From assembly GCF_018350175.1 (NCBI RefSeq), contig NC_058368.1, forward strand, positions 98,396,001-98,460,000: 64,000 nt of DNA, read 5' to 3'. Shown here piece after piece: positions 12,544 through 24,817 of the stretch (the first letter of the stretch is position 1; each line of letters opens with the position of its first letter). The stretch comes from Felis catus (lineage: Eukaryota). Position numbers and translations under genes: made by a program. The notes beneath the pieces were generated by a model. That model was not told the DNA's origin and did no database searches. It was given only the letters and a program-made list of their open reading frames with translations.

Positions 12544-12858
12544 TATGTAGGTAATGACATGTTTGACAAATTATCCCAACATACCGATTTACTTAAATTC
12601 CATCTGATTTCAGACAAAGTGAAAGCACTAAAAAAGTTGATGGTTGCAAATTTGGAATGTGTTATTAAAACAAACATATGAATTTTATCCCATGTGCCAT
12701 GTTCAAACAAAACAAAGCAACACAACATATCTCTGGTTCTGAAAATGGGGAAGGCGATTGCAACTACTGAGCTAATTTTAAAGAATTCTGGAAGGATATC
12801 TAAATTACTGGTAAGGTAAAACCTCTGAGGATGTCCCAGGAAGTAGTTGCAGCCGAGC

Positions 12859-13012
12859 AAAATAAAATAAAATAAAATAAAATAAAATAAAATAAAATAA
12901 TATAAGATAGATAAGATAAAATAAAATAAGATAAAATAAAATGGAATAAGATAAAATAAAATGGAATAAAATGAAAATAAAATAAAATAAAATAAAAATA
13001 AAAAAATAAAAA
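12859..13012. repeat. (AAAAT)n-derived microsatellite
   Basis: Pentamer array aaaat with variants ataag and atgga. Confidence 0.95.
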
Positions 13013-13376
13013 AGATCCAACTTAGTTTCAGGAAGAAAATGAGAAAATGCACAGAGAAGTGACAAGACATTCCCAGAACATCTGCCAGCTCTACATGGGA
13101 AGACAATAAGAAAACAGATGGGAATAGAAAGTAAAAATTGACACCCATGTAAATCTAGACATCTTCTGGCTAGCAGAAGAGGATTCACCACAATAGGCTA
13201 AGTCTCTGAGGACACATCAGCCAAAATGGAGGAGGAAAACCTTCCAGATCTGCTGGGTTTTTGCCAACACTATTCAGCCATCAGTGTGTGTTATGACAAA
13301 ATGCCAGCTAATTCTGTGCGGGTCCCAGCAGAGATGTGCATGGTAGCATGAGGTCTCTTATAAAATTTCTGCTTCA

Positions 13377-13595
13377 GGGGCACCTGGGTGACTTGGTCGG
13401 TTAAGCGTCCTACTTCGGCTCAGGCCATGATCTCACGGTCCGTGAGTTCGAGCCCCACGTCGGGCTCTGTGCTGACAGCTCAGAGCCTGGAGCCTGTTTC
13501 AGATTCTGTGTCTCCCTCTCTCTCTGCTCCTCCCCTGTTCATGCTCTGTCTCTCTCTGTCTCAAAAATAAATAAACGTTAAAAAAATTTTTAAAA
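13377..13595 (+). mobile_element. Can-SINE (feliform)
   Basis: Full length; perfect 17-bp TSD ataaaatttctgcttca (13360-13376, 13596-13612). Confidence 0.97.
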
Positions 13596-15397
13596 ATAAA
13601 ATTTCTGCTTCACTGTATAAGGGCCATAACATACAGAGAAGGGAATGTCTATTCCATTCAGTAACATATTCCTTATTAGCACTTTTTAGAATAGGGACGT
13701 AACCTTCCAGATACATCAATAAATTTTTCTACGATAATTAATCCAAACCCTGTTACTTTCTGCCTTCCTAAATGGTTTCAATATGTCTATGATAAAATGA
13801 TGGCACTGTATTGTTAATTCCCTAGACAATCGAAAACTTGAGTGTTTTAGGTTAAGATACCATTCTGACAGAGAGCTATTGGCTATGCTAAGATTATAAT
13901 AGTCTTTTTTTGTTGTTGTTTTATTGAGCTCACATGTGTGTGTTCCTGTCTAGAAACTTCCTGAAATCATACAAAGGCAATACAATATACAATATACAAT
14001 ACCAAGGCATTGCATATATTGAATGGAATTTGACAAGATTAAGCATTTCTTTCACTGTATCACCATGAAGACACGCATTTATTTTGGTGGTGGGGGAGGT
14101 GGTGGTGCTGAAAGGCATACATTTAATCACAAAAATTCTGTAAGCTAACTTCATGTAATAGTCTACTTTAAAAATATAAATAGTTGCTAAAAATTCTAAA
14201 TGGATTATCAGAAAATTGATTAGCTTTTATTGCTTTCTCATCCAAGGAATACAGATATTCCCTTAAGTATCTAAAGCAATTTAACTTTTCCCTCACCAGG
14301 TATTGATTTGTAGATTTTTAATTGGATGATGCTGCAGAAGTATTGTTTATTTATTAGTAAGCATAACTTCAACAAGAAATATACAGAATAATGCCTCTTC
14401 AGGGTAAGCTATAATAAAATTATAATGTGAGAAGCATCACGTCGCCTGTTTCTGAATCAAGAAACCCATAATTCAGGAATCCAGATTATCTGAAACTTAT
14501 TATTTTTCTTTCATTGTTCAGCAAACATGTATGCCAGATGGGAAGACCATAGATAAACAAATTCTGCATTTTATTAATCTCTGTATTACTAGCTAAGGGC
14601 ACAGTGACTAACATGTAGGAAGCATGCAATAATGTGCTTTATACTGGAGCAAATGGTCTCCACAGAGTGAATCGTATGTATTTAATGAGCATACACTATG
14701 TGCTGGTGTTCTAGGTATTTCGTTTCAGCTGTTGGTACAGTATTAAGCAAGTGATAGTTTTTGAAATCGTAGTTACCTCAACTATAGAATAGAAATAATT
14801 CTCCTCCCTTTGGAAAATATGATTTGCCCCCCCCCCCCCAGTGTCACTGAGATATAATTAGCATACAACATTGTAAAAATTAAAGATGTACAGTGTGTTG
14901 ATTTGAACCATTTATGTATGGAAAAATGATTACCACGTTAGATAACAACTCCATCACCTCATAAGTAACTAAGATTTTTTTGTGGTAAAAACATTTAAGA
15001 TATAGCATATTATCAACGTTGAACTATGTAATACAGTATTATTAACTATAATCACCGTGGTGAACATTAGATTCCCAGAACTTATCTTGTCTTACAGAAG
15101 TTTGTTCTCTTTGACAGGGTACAAACTCCCCATTTCACTAACCCCCAACCCCTGGTAACCATCATTTGAATATCTTTTTATATGAGTTCAGCTTTTTTTG
15201 AGATTCCACATATACATGATATCATACGGGTGTTTGTCTTTTGCTATGTGATGTTTCATTTCATATATTGCCCTCATTGTCCACCCATGTTGTTAGAAAT
15301 GGCAGTATTTTCTTTATTCTCATCATTGAATAATATTCTGTTGAATTATTTGCGTTTGTGCGTGTTTCTGTGTATGTGTGTGTTTCATATATATACG

Positions 15398-15440
<43 letters not shown>

Positions 15441-15724
15441 GTGTGTGTGTATATATCACATCTTTATAACATCTTTATTCTGTTGATGAACACTTAGGTT
15501 GTTTCCATATCTTGGCTATTGCAAATGACACAGCAATGAACATGGGACTGCAGATACATCTTCAAGATTCCATTTTCATTTCCTTTGCATATATACCCAC
15601 AGGTGGTAATGCTGGATAATACATATGGTAGTTCTCTGTTTAACTTTTTTGGGAACCACAATACTGTTTTTCATGGGTTCCTTTTTCTCTACATCCTCAC
15701 TAACACTTGTTATCTCTTGTCTTT

Positions 15725-15905
15725 CCTTCTTTTTTTAAAGTTTATTTATTTTGAGAGAGAGTGTGTAGTGCAAGTAGGGAGGGGCAGAGAGAGAGGGAGA
15801 GAGAATTCCAAGCAGTGCAGAGCCTAATGTGGGGCTCAAAGTCATGAACTGGGAGATCATGACCTGAAGTCGGAAACTTAACTGACTGAGCCACCCAGGC
15901 GCCCC
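15725..15905 (-). mobile_element. Can-SINE nested in L1
   Basis: Ends ccacccaggcgcccc; TSD atctcttgtcttt. Confidence 0.93.
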
Positions 15906-16514
15906 ATCTCTTGTCTTTTAGGTGAGAGCCATTCTGAAAGGGGTGAAGTAGCACTTCATTGTGGTTTTAATTTGCATCTCCCTAATTATTAGTGATGTTG
16001 AGCACCTGCTCATGTACCTGTTGGCCATTTGTATGTTTTCTTTAGAAAAACTTCTGCTGAGTAGGTGTTTCCTGCCAATTGTTATCAATTGTTTTTGGCA
16101 ATTGAGTTGTATGAGCTCTTTATATATCTCAAATAATAACCCCTTATCAAGTACATGGTTTGCAAATATTTTCTGCCATTCTATAGTCTGTTCATTAATT
16201 TAATTTTTATTGCTTCTATCACTGTCCAGAAGCTTTTCAGTTTGCTATGGTCCCACTTATTAATGTTTACTTTTGTTGTTTGCACTTTTGGTGTCCTATC
16301 CAAAAAAATCATTGCCAAGACCAGTGTCAGGAGAGCTTTTCCCTATCTTTTCTTTTATCAGGTTTACATTTTCAAGTTTTATGTTTAAGTCTTTAATCCA
16401 TTTCAGGCGAACTTTTGTGAGTAATATAAGATACACGTCCAATTTCATTGTCTGCATGCAGTTATCCAGTTTTCCCAGAACTATTTATTGAATGCACTTT
16501 CCTGTTGCCATTGA

Positions 16515-16751
16515 TTATTCTTTCTTGGCTCCCTTGTCAAGTACTAGTTGGCTGCACATGTGGGGATTTATTTCTGGGCTCTTGATTCTGTTCCTTGGGT
16601 CTAAATGTCTATGTTTATGCCAGTACCATGCTGATTTGATTACTACAGCTTTATAGTATACTTTGATGTGAAGAAGTAAAATATTTCCCACTTTGCTCTT
16701 TTTTTCTGAAAGCTGCTTTGGCTTTTTAGGGTCTTTTGTGGTTCTGTACAA
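16515..16751 (-). pseudogene. L1 ORF2 remnant (post-RT region)
   Basis: YYKAVVIKSAWYWHKHRHLDPRNRIKSPEINP...LVLDKGAK matches L1 ORF2 YYKATVxKTAWYW...DQWNRIE. Confidence 0.9.
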
Positions 16752-16997
16752 ACTTTAAGATTGATTTTTCTATTTCTTTGGAAAATGCCATTGGAATATT
16801 AACAGGGATTATATTGAACCTAATGATAGCTTTGGGTAGTATAGATATTTTAACAATATTGATTCTATTCATGAACACAGGATATCTTTCCAATTGTATG
16901 TATTTAATTTCTTTCCCCAGAATCTTAGCTTTCAGTGTACAGATAGATCTCTTACCCCCTTTTTTAAATTTGTTTAAATTTATTTCAAAATATTTTA

Positions 16998-17205
16998 GAG
17001 CGCCTGGGTGGCTCAGTCGGTTGGGCAGCTGACTTCGGCTCAGGTCATGATCTCACGGTCCGTGAGTTCGAGCCCTGCATCCAGCTCTGTGCTGACAGCT
17101 CTGACAGCTCAGAGCCTTGAGCCTGTTTTGGATTCTGTGTCTCCCTCTCTCTGACCCTCCCCTGTTCATGCTCTGTCTCTCCCTGTCTCAAAAATAAATC
17201 AAATG
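16998..17205 (+). mobile_element. Can-SINE nested in L1, tail lost
   Basis: Head gcgcctgggtggctcagtcgg; internal ctgacagct duplication; poly-A and 3' TSD absent. Confidence 0.93.
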
Positions 17206-17240
17206 TTGATTTATCAAATGCTATTGTGAATGGGCTAAAT

Positions 17241-17466
17241 TTCTTTTTTTTCTTTCTTTTTTTTTTTAGTGTTTATTTATTTTTGACACGGAGACAGAGC
17301 CTGAGAGGGGGAGGGGCAGAGAGAGATGGAGACATAGAATCTGAAGCAGGCTTCAGGTTCCCAGCTGTCAGCACAGAGCCCGAAGCAGGGCTTGAACTCA
17401 CCAACCCGCGAGATCATGACCTGAGCCAAAGTCGGATACTTAACCGACTGAGCCACCCAGGCATCC
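17241..17466 (-). mobile_element. Can-SINE nested in L1
   Basis: T-rich tail, (GA)n, ends gagccacccaggcatcc. Confidence 0.93.
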
Positions 17467-17591
17467 TTAAAATTTTTTTCTTTATATTGTATTGTAGTGT
17501 AGAGAAGTGCAACTTATTTTAGTATGTGGGCTTTGTATCCCCCAACTTCAGGGAGTTCATTGAGTAGTTCTGACAGTTTTAATGTTGGAGT

Positions 17592-17978
17592 TTAGGATTT
17601 TTGATAAAAGATTATATTGTTTGCAAAAAAGGATAAATTTACTTCTCCCTTTTTGACTTGGATGCCTTTTTCTATTTCCTGCCTGATTGTTCTGGACAGC
17701 ACTTTGAGTATTGTGTTGAAAAGCAGTGGTAAAAGGGGGCACATTGTCTTGTTCCTCATCTTAGAGGCAAAGCTTTTAATGTTTTCACCAGTGAGTATGA
17801 TATTAATGGTGAGATTGTCATATGTGGCCTTGATTATTTTGAAGAATGTTCCTACTACATTCAATGTGTTGAGTGTTTTTATACTAAAAGGATGTTGTAT
17901 TTGGTCAAAGGCTTTTTCTGAATTTATTGAGATGATCACATGATTTTTATCTTTCATTGTATTAATATGGTTTCTCAT
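17592..17978 (-). pseudogene. L1 ORF2 reverse-transcriptase remnant (inactive)
   Basis: KDKNHVIISINSEKAFDQIQHPF...CPLLPLLFN...LSFFANNII; catalytic FADD decayed to FANN. Confidence 0.93.
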
Positions 17979-18399
17979 ATTTATTGATTTATACGTGTTG
18001 AATCATCCTTGCATTCCTGGAAAAAAAATGGTTCATGATGTGGTAGGATCGTTTTCATGTGTTGTTGAATTCATTTTGCTGGAATCTCGTTGAGAACTTT
18101 TCTATCTACGTTCATCAGAGATACCGTTTTATGGTTTTCTTATAATTTCCTTATCTGGCTTTGGTGTCAGGATATTACTGGCCTCATAAAAAGCATTTAG
18201 GAGTGTACTCTCTTCTTCAGTTTTTTGAAATAGGTGGAAAAGGATTGGCATGCACTTCTTATGGATTGGGATTATTTCTTCTTCAAATGTTTGGTCAAAT
18301 TCACCAGTGGAACCATCTGGTCCTAGGCTTTCTTTCGCTGGGAGGTTTTGTTTCCTGATTAAATCTCCTTGTTCATTATTAGTGTGTTCAGATTTTCTT

Positions 18400-18623
18400 T
18401 ATTTAAAAAAAAGTTTTTTTCATGTTTATTTATTTTTGAGACAGAGAGAGACAGAGCATGAACGGGGGAGGGTCAGAGAGAGAGGGAGACACAGAATCTG
18501 AAGCAGGCTCCAGGCTCTGAGCTGTCAGCACAGAGCCCGAGGCGGGGCTCGAACTCACGGACCGTGAGATCATGACCTGAGCCGAAGTCGGATGCTTAAC
18601 TGACTGAGCCACCCAGGCGCCCC
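18400..18623 (-). mobile_element. Can-SINE nested in L1
   Basis: Full length, CpG-rich; TSD agattttct/agatattct. Confidence 0.95.
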
Positions 18624-20428
18624 TAGATATTCTATATCATCATGATTCCATCTTGATAGGTTATATGTTGCTAGGAATTTATCCATTTCTTCAAGATTGC
18701 TCAATTTGTTGGCGTATGTTGGTTCATAACAGTCTCTCATGATCCTTTGTATTTCTGTAATAGCAGTTATAAAACCTCTTGTTTCATTGCTGATTTTACT
18801 TGTCCTCTCTTTTTTTCTTGGTTAGTTTAGGTAAAGTTTTGTTGATTTTTAAAATATTTTTTTCGAGAAACTAACTTTTAGTTTTGATGATCTTTTCTAC
18901 TGTGTGGTTTTTTTTGCTGTTGGTTTGTTTTTTGGTTTTGTTTTTTTATTTTTATTTTTATTTTTTGCTTTATTTTATTTATTCATGCTCTGATGTTTGT
19001 TTGTTTGTTTGTTTGTTTGTTTGTTTGTTTTTGCTAACACTTGGCTTAGTTCTTTTTTTAGTTCCTTGAGGTGTAAAATTTGGTTGAGTTGTTTTGGTTT
19101 TCTTAATGTGAACACATATCAGTATAAACTTCCCTCTTAGCACTGCTTTTGCTCCAGCCCTAAATTTAGTATCTTGAGTTTCCCGTTTGTTGTTTCAAGA
19201 TATTTTGTGATGTATTCTTTGGCCTATTGGTTGTTCTGGAGCGTGTCATTCCTTTTCCATGTATTGACGTATTTTCCAGCTCTCCTCCTGTTCCTGATTT
19301 TAAGTTTCACATCATTGAGATTTATAAAAGAAACTGGGTATGATTTCATTCTTTTTACATTTGCTAAGACTCTTTTTGTGATATATGTGACCTATCCTGG
19401 AAAATATTTCATGTGTGCTTGAAAAAAATGTGTGCTTGGCTGCTTTTGGATGGGAGGTTTTGTGCATGTCTCTAATTTCCATTTGGTCTAAACTACAGTT
19501 AAAATGCAGTGTTTCCTTATTGATTTTCTGTCTGCATGATGCATTGTTTAAAGTGGGGTATTGAAGTTCTCTACTATTATTATGTTGCTGTCTATTTCTC
19601 CTTTCAGATCTGTTAGTATATGCTTAACATAGTTGGTTGTTCTGATATTGGCTACATATGTATTTATCATTGCCTGTGCTTTTGATGAATTTCCCCTTTA
19701 TCATTACATCATGATCTCTTATTGTCTCTTGTTACTGTTTATGGCTTAAAGTATTTTATATAACATATAAAATATTCATATGATAGACTTTATATATATA
19801 TCATATATATATATATGATAGACTATATATATATATAAAATATTCATATGATAGACTTTATATATGTATAAGTATAGCTATCTCTGTTCTCTTTTGGTTG
19901 CCACTTACATGGAATTATCTTTTGTCCATCCTACAAATATGACAGTCTCTTTTATGTTCGTAACAACTTCGGTTGCATAGAAAAGCTCTACCCTTTTACT
20001 CCTCCTTTTGTTTTTGATGTCATAGTTTAGCTTGTCATCTTGTGTATTTACTAACATATTAGTGTAGTTATAGTTATGTTGTAATACTTTTGTCCTTTAA
20101 TCTTTATGTTAAAGTGTTTAATACTGCACACTATAGTATTAGCATTTTTAATTGAGTACATACTAACTTTACCATTGTGTTTTATTTTTATATGATTTCA
20201 TGTTACTAATTAGTGTTCTTTTACTTTGCCCTGAAGAACTCCTTTGAACATTTTTTAGTAATGTAGGTCTAGTGGTTACGAATTTCCAGAAGTTGTGTTT
20301 GTCTTGGAAATTCTTTAACTCTCTTTCATTCCTGAAATAAAGCTTTGCTGAGTGAAAGATTCTTGATTGGCAATTTTTTTTTCTTTTAGTGCTTTAAATA
20401 TGCCATCCTAAACTCTCCTAGCTTGTAA

Positions 20429-20553
20429 CAGCTCATTTGGAAGAGTATGTGACTTTTGATCTTGGGGTTGTAAGTTTAAGTTCAAGCCCCACATTGGGTG
20501 TAGAGATCACTCAAATAACAAATAAACAAATAAACTAAATAACTAAAAAAAAA
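20429..20553 (+). mobile_element. Short old Can-SINE (no CT tract), 5'-truncated
   Basis: gacttttgatcttggggttgt...gttcaagccccacattgggtgtagagatcact plus A-rich tail. Confidence 0.8.
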
Positions 20554-20694
20554 CCTCTGTTAACAGCATTATGGGAGTTGTCTTATAAGTTAAAAACTTT
20601 TGTTTCTATAGTTGCTTTTAAGATTCTCTTTTTGTCTTTGATTTTTGACATCTACCTATGCCTTGCAGAGGATGTCTTTGAGTTGATTGGGTTT

Positions 20695-20726
<32 letters not shown>

Positions 20727-21029
20727 TGCTTTGCTTTGTTTTGTTTTTGGTGACTCATGAGCTTCATGATCTTAGATATCCAAGTCTCTCCCCAGAATGG
20801 GAAGTTCTCAGCCATCATTTTTTTAAATTACTTTTTATCTTGAGAAATGTCATGAGCTCATTTAGCATATATATGGAAAAAAAGTGGAAACTTCAGACAA
20901 TTATTAGGGGAAATCTTTTGCTGTGAGAATTCCTTTGGCTTTAACTAAGCAAATGCCATTTCTCTCAGTAAAGGAAAAAATAACTTTCTTTGCCTTTGCC
21001 ACCATTATCTCTCAATTCTTTTCTTTAAT

Positions 21030-21504
21030 TTTTTATTTTCACTTTTAAAATTTGAGTATAGGTGACATTATTTTAACTTAGTTTCAGGTGCACCACATAG
21101 TAATTTGACAACTCTATACATTATGCTAGGCTCACCACAAATGTAACTACCACCTGTCACGATGCAACTTTAAAACCCCACTGACTATATTCCCTACAGT
21201 ATACCTTTTATTCTCATGACTTACTCATTTAATGTCTAGAAGCCTGTACCTCCTACTTCCCTTCACCCATTTTGCCCAGATCCTCATACCCTTCCCTCTG
21301 GAACCATACATTTGTTCTATTTACAGGTATGATTCTGCTTTTTGTTTGTTTATTCATTTATGTTTTAGATTCTTCATATGAGTTAAATCATATGGCATTT
21401 GTCTTTCTCAGTCTGATAAGTCTTCACCTAGCATAATAATCTCTAGGTCCATCCATGTTCTCCCAAATAGCATTATCACACTTTTTAGCACCATATAATA
21501 TTCC

Positions 21505-21541
<37 letters not shown>

Positions 21542-21690
21542 ATATGTACATAGATCACATCTTCCTTATCCATTTGTCTATCAGTGGGCATTTGTGTTGC
21601 TTCCGTATCTTGGCTCTTTAGCATAACTTCTTCTAGGTCCATCCATGTTGTTGTAAATGGCACAATCTCATCCTTTTTTCTTTTTTTATG
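21030..21690 (-). mobile_element. Second (carnivore-type) L1 3' fragment nested in the old L1
   Basis: ttagtttcaggtgcaccacatagtaatttgac 3' terminus; minus-frame MPFTTTWMDLEEVMLK is the L1 ORF2 C-terminus. Confidence 0.85.
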
Positions 21691-21701
21691 TTAGCTGTCA
21701 G

Positions 21702-21894
21702 TTTTTTTTTTTTTTTTTTTAAGAGAGACAGAATGTGAGTCAGGGAGAGCAGCAGAGGGAGAGAGAGTGAATCTTAACCAGGGTCCATGCTCAGTGTAGA
21801 GCCTGTCATTGGGCTCAGTCTCATGACCCTGGGATCATGACCTGAGCTGAAATCAAGAGTTGGGCACTCAACCGACTGAGTCACCCAGGTGTCC
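21702..21894 (-). mobile_element. Can-SINE (older)
   Basis: Poly-T, (GA)n, ends gagtcacccaggtgtcc. Confidence 0.92.
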
Positions 21895-22283
21895 CAGCCA
21901 TCATTTCTTTAAAAACCTCTCTGCCCACTTCTTATCTTCTTCTGGAACTCCACTGATACACAAAGTTTTTCTTTTAATTATTTCCCATAAATAAGGTAGG
22001 CTTTCTTCATCTTTTTCATTCTTTTTTTCTTCCAACTACATAATTTTAAAGTCCTATCTTCAATTTCATAGGTACTTTTGATTGATATGCTTCATCATTT
22101 CTTTTGTTGATGCTCTTTCTTTGCATTTTTCATCTCGTTTATTGTTTTCCTCAGCTGCAGAATTTCTGTTTGGTTCTTTTCTACAATTTCTATTTCTTTG
22201 TTAAACTCACTTTGTTCTTATATTGTTTTCTTGCTTTTGTTGAATTGCCCTTCCATATTTTGTTGTAGCTCATTGAGCTTTTT

Positions 22284-22515
22284 TTTTTAAAACATTTTTT
22301 TTAAATTTTTTTTAACGTTTATTTATTTTTGAGACAGAGAGAGAGACAGAGCATGAACGGGGGGGGGTCAGAGAGAGGGAGACACAGAATCGGAAACAGG
22401 CTCCAGGCTCTGAGCCATCAGCCCAGAGCCTGACGCGGGGCTCGAACTCACGGACCGCGAGATCGTGACCTGGCTGAAGTCGGACGCTTAACCGACTGCG
22501 CCACCCAGGCGCCCC
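22284..22515 (-). mobile_element. Young Felis-type Can-SINE
   Basis: CpG-intact gaccgcgagatcgtgacctggctgaagtcggacg; TSD tcattgagctttt. Confidence 0.97.
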
Positions 22516-23852
22516 TCATTGAGCTTTTTTAAAACAGCTGTTTTGAATTTTTTTTTTTTTCAGTTTGGTGAATCAAACATCTCCATGTGTTTTTGTGTGG
22601 TTACTAGAGTTTATTGTGATCCCTTGATAGTATCATGTTACCTTGATTTTTTCATGTTCCTTGATGTTTTGCATATTGCCTTCACATGAGGTAGTAGTCA
22701 CCTCCTATCGTCTTTACTAATTGCCTTTGGGGGAGAAATGCCTTCTGTCAGCCCTGCTACAGATTGAGGCCTTCTCAGACCTTCTGTCAGTACAACTGCC
22801 TTATACATACTGTTCCTTTGTGTGGTATAATTCTTAAGCTTGTATGCCTTCTCTTTAACCTGTAACGCACAGGCTTGGAGCTGGTAGTCTGTCTTTTGCT
22901 TTCCCAAAGATGACACTAACACTTAAGTTTATGGTCTTCTTCCGGCCTGAAGATCTGTCCAGATTTTACATGGACTCACTAGCTGCCTGCCAAAGTCTTC
23001 TCTTAGCACTGCCATTGGAGGAATGCACAAGAAGCCAGCTGCAGGGTAGGCTGCACTTAGGTGCAGGTTTTGGGGCACCAGGGGTACACATAGACCAGTT
23101 GTGAGGATCCATGGGTGAGTCATTCTGTGTGACTCATGGGCAGGCTTCTTGATGGAATGAGTGACACAGTAAATAGTGTCCACATCACATTAATGTCCCC
23201 TCAGTGTCTTGTCTTCCCCATTCCCCATCATTCTCCCCACATGGGCCACTTAGCTTGTGATTCAGTACTCCGGATAGGGCAAGAAAGAAACGTCTCCTTT
23301 GGCAGCATCCAGCACACTCACTGGCTTTCATTTTCGCCTCACAGAAGAAATCATGGCCAAGGAAATCTCGCCTGGCCCTAAGCTATGTGACCTTGCGGGG
23401 AGGGATGATTCAGGAAGAGTCAACCTGTTCTCTTACTCACTCTGACACATTCATTTATATTTATAATATTTATGTTTATATTTATATTTATATATGTTAT
23501 TTGTCTAACAAGAGTACTGGAACTTCTTCTCTGGAAACCTGAATTTCCACAATGGTTGTCTTGTCTTGGTGATTGTTTAAATCCATGTTCTCTAACGGCT
23601 TATACATCATAGCTTAGAGTGGGTAATGTTGGTTCGTGGGCTACTAGAGGGTCCCTAGCTGTGACAGACTCCTGTCTGCCAATTTCCTGATGCATGGGGG
23701 AGCAAGTCTCTTCCCAGTTGCCTTGACATATGATGCTAGGTCCCATAGCTCCCTCAAAGGCAATTTTGTTTCAGTATGAATGCTGAACTTTTTGTTTTCA
23801 AGAGACGGGGCAGAATACGTGGTATATTTTGCTGCCATAATGCTGACATCAT

Positions 23853-24069
23853 TTATTTGTTTGTTTGTTTATTTATTTATTAAAACGATGTTTATTTATT
23901 TTGAGAGAAAGAGAAAAGAGTGTAGGCACATGGACAGGAGGGGCAGAGAGACAGGGTCACAGAATCCCAAGTGCAGAGCCCAATGTGGGGCTGTCAGGAA
24001 CCATGAGATCATGACCTGAGCCAAAATCAAGAGTCAGACACGTAACCCACTGAGTCACTCAGGCACCCC
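23853..24069 (-). mobile_element. Can-SINE (older) inserted at the L1 5' end
   Basis: Ends gagtcactcaggcacccc; degenerate TSD tgacatcatt/tggtatcatt. Confidence 0.9.
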
Positions 24070-24817
24070 TGGTATCATTCTGAAAAGGTTTTTTGAGAGT
24101 TAAAGACTTCATTGGTTAAGAAATAATTATTGTGTTAAATATTATAAAATTGGTTATTTTAATGAAAAAATACATTCTTTCACTTTGCAGCAGTAATCAT
24201 AACACTTTAATCAATGTAGAACTCAGGGTGCTTTGAGACCAGTTCATCAGATTTACTCCTTAGAGTTGCTAGAGTCTGAGTTTGATTTTAATTCTTGAAT
24301 TTCCTAATCACCCATCTTATAAATCCCTTAAGTAGTTAATTTTGAAATATCACAGTCTCTTATCTTAGTATAATGCCTGAAAAAGATTATTGGGGATACT
24401 GTATTTTCTCACAAAATGTATACACACATATTAGATGCCCTCATTCAGTCTTAAAATTGCTTCTTTAAAGCTTAATTATGTTTCATAACATAGTTTGTCT
24501 AAATTGTTTTTAAATTGTTCCAGGTCATTTTCCAGCTAGTGATTTTTTTTTTTTTTTAATGGAACACAACTAAGGTATATTCTCCACCAAAAGCGTAATT
24601 TCCTTTATTTCAGTTCTCTTTTTGTTATGCACATTTGGAATCTTAACTGTATTCATGTTTCTTTGGCCCTAACAACATGAATTTAATCCTATATTGTAGG
24701 CCTCTGTTATTAAATTAAAGAGAATCATAAAATGTATTATTTTCATTTAGATTGTGAGAAAAATAGTCATCTTTGCATCATGGCCTTGATTTATTCCTCC
24801 TTTGTTTGTTTGTATAT

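Larger units (their letters stand above)
14840..24082 (-). mobile_element. Near-full-length decayed old L1 (L1MA/L1_Carn-age) hosting nested insertions
   Basis: 3' end at ~14.84 kb (ctgagatataattagcatacaacattg); ORF2 remnants 16.5-19.9 kb; ORF1-like antisense 20.2-22.7 kb; 5'UTR; 5' start motif gatgtcagcattatggcagc at ~23.83-23.85 kb. Confidence 0.85.

Noticed and set aside
12501..13191. 215-aa and 128-aa hydrophobic ORFs
   Set aside because: The FYFIL repeats come from the antisense (AAAAT)n microsatellite; no protein-like features
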